64,000 bases of DNA from contig NC_088805.1 of assembly GCF_011386835.1 (NCBI RefSeq), positions 15,562,001 to 15,626,000 on the forward strand. The letters run 5' to 3'. Shown here piece by piece: positions 60,569 through 64,000 of this stretch. Position 1 is the stretch's first letter; each line of letters starts with the position of its first letter. The translations under genes were made by a program, and so were the position numbers. Origin of the DNA: Chrysemys picta bellii (lineage: Eukaryota). The notes beneath the pieces were generated by a model. The model was not told the DNA's origin. It ran no database searches and worked only from the letters and a program-made list of their open reading frames with translations.

Positions 60569-62012
60569 GGACTGGCTAGGTTACAGCAAGAATCCACAGG
60601 TGGTTTTGCGGTCCCTGGTAGGAAAAGACGGTGCCAAGTAATGCAGATTACACTAGCTTTTCACATCAGGACACTCCTGTTGTGCTCTCAAGTGAAACGG
60701 CTTTGGTAGTCTCCGTGCAATGGTCCATGGAGACTTCTCCGTAGCACAAACCAAACTCAGAATGTTATATGAAATTCAGGGTAAGTTCTCCCATACTCAC
60801 ATTCAAAGTAATGGCACGAAACTGACAGTCATGGAGAGTAATGAGGAAAAAATGCCTTTTCCTTTGGTCTGAGCTTGTATTTGCCATCAGGTGTGCAAGT
60901 CCCATTTTGGAGGATGCTTACTAGTAAAAACCAGTTTAAACCCAAATGTGGGAGACTTCATCATAACTACTTGTAACTAAGAAATCTCTGCATGTTCTTT
61001 TTTCTTTACTGTGCCAGGAATTATACAACAGCTGTTCCAGAACTAACTGATATAGAAATATAACTTTTTTTTACATATAATGAAACGAAAATGTTACCAC
61101 TTAAGTCACTCCCATAATAATGAACCAAATCCTGCATACTTTACTGAAGATTTACTCACTGGCCATAGCTTTTAGCCCAGTAAAGTGTTTAGTTCTTATA
61201 CCATGCTCTTCATCTTCAAAGTGCTTTACAAATGATAACTAGTCATTTTAAAACTATGGTTACTCTGTAAAAATATAAACAATAAATTATTGCTAATAAT
61301 CTAATGTCTTAAATGTATATAGCACCTTTTGTCCCAAAGCATTTGACACACTTAAACTGAGATACAAATTCCATACATGAACCACTTCATCCGCCCTGAA
61401 ATGCAGCCACTCTTGGAGTGAACGACAGCAAATAGGCCCTGATTCGTCTAAGCACTTAAGCGTACTTAACTTTAAACACATGCTTAAACGCACATCAGTC
61501 CTGTACAAACTACAGGCTCAAGGAGCAATATCCAGCTGTAGCAGCGATGTAGTTTGGCAGAATATAGTGACCTGAATTAGATCAACATCTCTACGGTTGC
61601 AACAAATGCCATAGGTTCATTGATGACTATCAGAATTCAGGGCCTTCCTTCTTTATCTTAGAGAGCAGCAGCCCAGTGCCACGTTTAAACAGTGTTGGGA
61701 CGTTGATATAATACTGCCTCGGAAAGAAGTGTGCCAGCTACTGAATCACCTACATTATATGTTGCAACACCCGCGCTGTTCCTTGGAGCCCTGCATCTGA
61801 GAACTGACCCTTCCCAACTTTGCTGAGGTTGAGGGCTAACAAAATCCCTGTGCATGATGACAGAGCTGCAGGCCACAATGCAGCAATGTCACTATAGTCC
61901 CAGGTTTTGCTACTTTACAGTATTGGTGCTCTCGTGAGTGCCAGCTGCAATGCCCCCCGCCCTGCCACCTATGGGATCCACACAATGACTCATAAAACAG
62001 GAGAATACTTAC

Positions 62013-62316
62013 CTAGCCAATTTGAAGAATCCTGCAGGGAACGGGTGCTTGCATGAGAACAGCAACAGCAGCTGCACCCAGCAGCTTCCAGTTCTTCTTC
62101 TTCCTCCTCCTCCTCCTGCAGAGAGCCAGCAGCGATGGCCTCCAGCCCACACAGCCCCTTGGGCTCACAGTCCAAGATCCCCTGGAGACAGAAGGGGACC
62201 AGAACCTGGGGACTTCTCTCTGTTGGGCTGGAGAGAATGTTCTCGATGGTGAACGAGCATTGCTTCTTGAGGCTTCTTCTGCTGAGTTCTGTGTCCAATG
62301 GGGCTTCTGCAGACAT
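62013..62316 (-). CDS. GSC2: GSC2 (goosecoid homeobox 2) exon 1 (304 nt); three exons total 657 nt = 218 aa + stop
   Basis: eh1 repressor motif FTIENIL, poly-Glu run and Cys run, CTAG|GTAAGT donor; joins exon 2 in frame. Confidence 0.92.
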
Positions 62317-62499
62317 CCTGTTCCCGGAACTGTATTTGTGGCACTTGGCAGCTCACATTCAGTAGCTGAAAACAGTGGGGCTGGCTCTCTGGGAGAGACC
62401 AAACTGTGGCTCCCCAGCGAAAAGACGGCTGACACTTGGATGCTTTTTAAACCAGACCAGTGATGCCAGACAGAATTATTGTTTTGTCTTCTCCTGGGA

Positions 62500-62860
62500 T
62501 TTTTATTTTATATATATACACATACATGCCTTTTTCCCCCCTTCTAAGCTAGCTGCTTTACAACTGAGGCCACCCTAAGTAAATATATATATATAATCCC
62601 TTTGGAAAGAAAACCGTAAACCCCCCTGCGAATAAAATAAATTCTAACTAATCTTGGCAGCTTTGTGAGGGGTTAGTGTGGATCTAAGATTTAGCTAATC
62701 CTACAGAAATGACTCCGGAAGGAAATCTGATTTCTCCATCTCGAGTGTAGATTTGAAGGTGGGTATGATCTCCATTGTGTTGGAGCCTCCGATCCAAGGC
62801 AGGGGGAGAATAGCTGTTCTCCAGCCCAGAAATGGACCAGAGGATTAACTCCTTAAAAGA
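62500..62860 (-). promoter_or_regulatory. Putative GSC2 proximal promoter
   Basis: TATA-like TATATAAAAT on the minus strand ~62506-62516; several TAATCC-type sites further upstream. Confidence 0.55.
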
Positions 62861-63647
62861 AGCAAATTATCCCTTTCTCTGGCCAAATGAAAGCTTGCCC
62901 ATCAAAAGGGAACTGTCATATCATACAATATGAGCGAGGGAGGGGAGCTGAGCTTGGGGGGGGAAATCATTTTTAGCAGCAGTGCAGCCCTTTGCTAGGT
63001 GAGGACTCTCCATGACTGCTGATTTATTTTCTGCTCAGACCACAGGGAAATTGTATTTTTCCCCACTGTCCAAGTAATAACAATACTACAGATACTTTGT
63101 ATGTGTCTCGTATGCTTCATAGGAGGATCTCTAAGTGCTTTATAAAAATTAATTAGGCTCACGACACTCCTGTGAGGTAGGCAAGTGGTATGTAAAGGGC
63201 TCAATCACCCACCATTGAGGTGCAGCCACCTATGAGGTGGAACATGTCTGCTTTATCCCAGGGCATAGCCACACCACATTCGAGTTGAGAAGAAGTGAAG
63301 ATGAATACTGAACTGCAGGGAGAATTTAGGGAGCTAGACACTCCAGTCACACAAGTTGGGTCATGACACCAGAGTTAACATTCCTTTCTTACAAAATCTG
63401 CCATGGGATCTTTAATGACCAGGATGTCGTCAGAGCCTTATGTCCAGTATTGTCAACCATGAGCATTCAAAAATCATGTCACAGTCCCCAAAATCATGAG
63501 ATTTTACAAGTATTATGTTTTGGGTTCTTTTTTTATTTGCCTTCTTGTTTTTGAGCCGTTGGGGGGAAGGTGTCACATTTTTAAGCTTTTCTCTGCAGCC
63601 TTGAGGGCTAGAAATTTTGCTTTATTAAATGAAAGCTGGGATTCTTA

Positions 63648-64000
63648 CATAGATTCATAGATTCTAGGACTGGAAGGGACCTCGAGAGGTCATCGAGTCC
63701 AGTCCCCTGCCCGCATGGCAGGACCAAATACCGTCTAGACCATCCCTGATAGACATTTATCTAACCTACTCTTAAATATCTCCAGAGATGGAGATTCCAC
63801 AACCTCCCTAGGCAATTTATTCCAGTGTTTAACCACCCTGACAGTTAGGAACTTTTTCCTAATGTCCAACCTAGACCTCCCTTGCTGCAGTTTAAACCCA
63901 TTGCTTCTGGTTCTATCCTTAGAGGCTAAGGTGAACAAGTTTTCTCCCTCCTCCTTATGACACCCTTTTAAATACCTGAAAACTGCTATCATGTCCCCTC
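63648..64000 (-). mobile_element. CR1 3'-end fragment (young subfamily), runs off the right edge
   Basis: Reverse complement of the same CR1 3' end as at 10140-10470 and 52079-52398. Confidence 0.95.

Noticed and set aside
62050-62125. Poly-Glu and Cys runs in GSC2 as a novel domain
   Set aside because: A Cys-rich stretch occurs in goosecoid-family N-termini as I recall, and the Glu run is simple low-complexity expansion.
1-64000. CRISPR arrays, rRNA, tRNA or prokaryotic operon features
   Set aside because: The sequence is vertebrate genomic DNA; no repeat-spacer array or intact structural RNA gene was seen, and tRNA-like bits are SINE heads.

Overview
Vertebrate genomic DNA, most likely turtle (inferred from the CR1, hAT-MITE, DIRS and Penelope repeat complement). 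The gene order matches the mammalian 22q11.2 DiGeorge region: DGCR2 coding exon 1 (minus strand; gene continues off the left edge), three intronless plus-strand testis-specific kinases of the TSSK1/2 family, the complete 10-exon ESS2/DGCR14 gene (minus, 485 aa) and the complete 3-exon GSC2 homeobox gene (minus, 218 aa). Intergenic and intronic DNA is densely filled with often nested transposons. The main system of interest is the three-gene TSSK array. All copies keep a homologous ~200-bp upstream module: a CRE-like TGAC(A/C)TCA 172-176 bp and a short uORF 82-85 bp before the start codon. Copy A appears to have lost the C-terminal tail, takes its stop codon from sequence homologous to copy B's 3'UTR, and has a Gly-loop substitution. 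Copies B and C show a patchwork suggestive of gene conversion and differ in poly(A) signals. Other highlights: an in-frame TAA-ATG stop-start uORF on DGCR2, a cluster of K50 homeodomain sites upstream of GSC2, and phase-compatible GSC2-to-ESS2 read-through splicing. All coordinates and alignments were derived by eye; no database searches were run.
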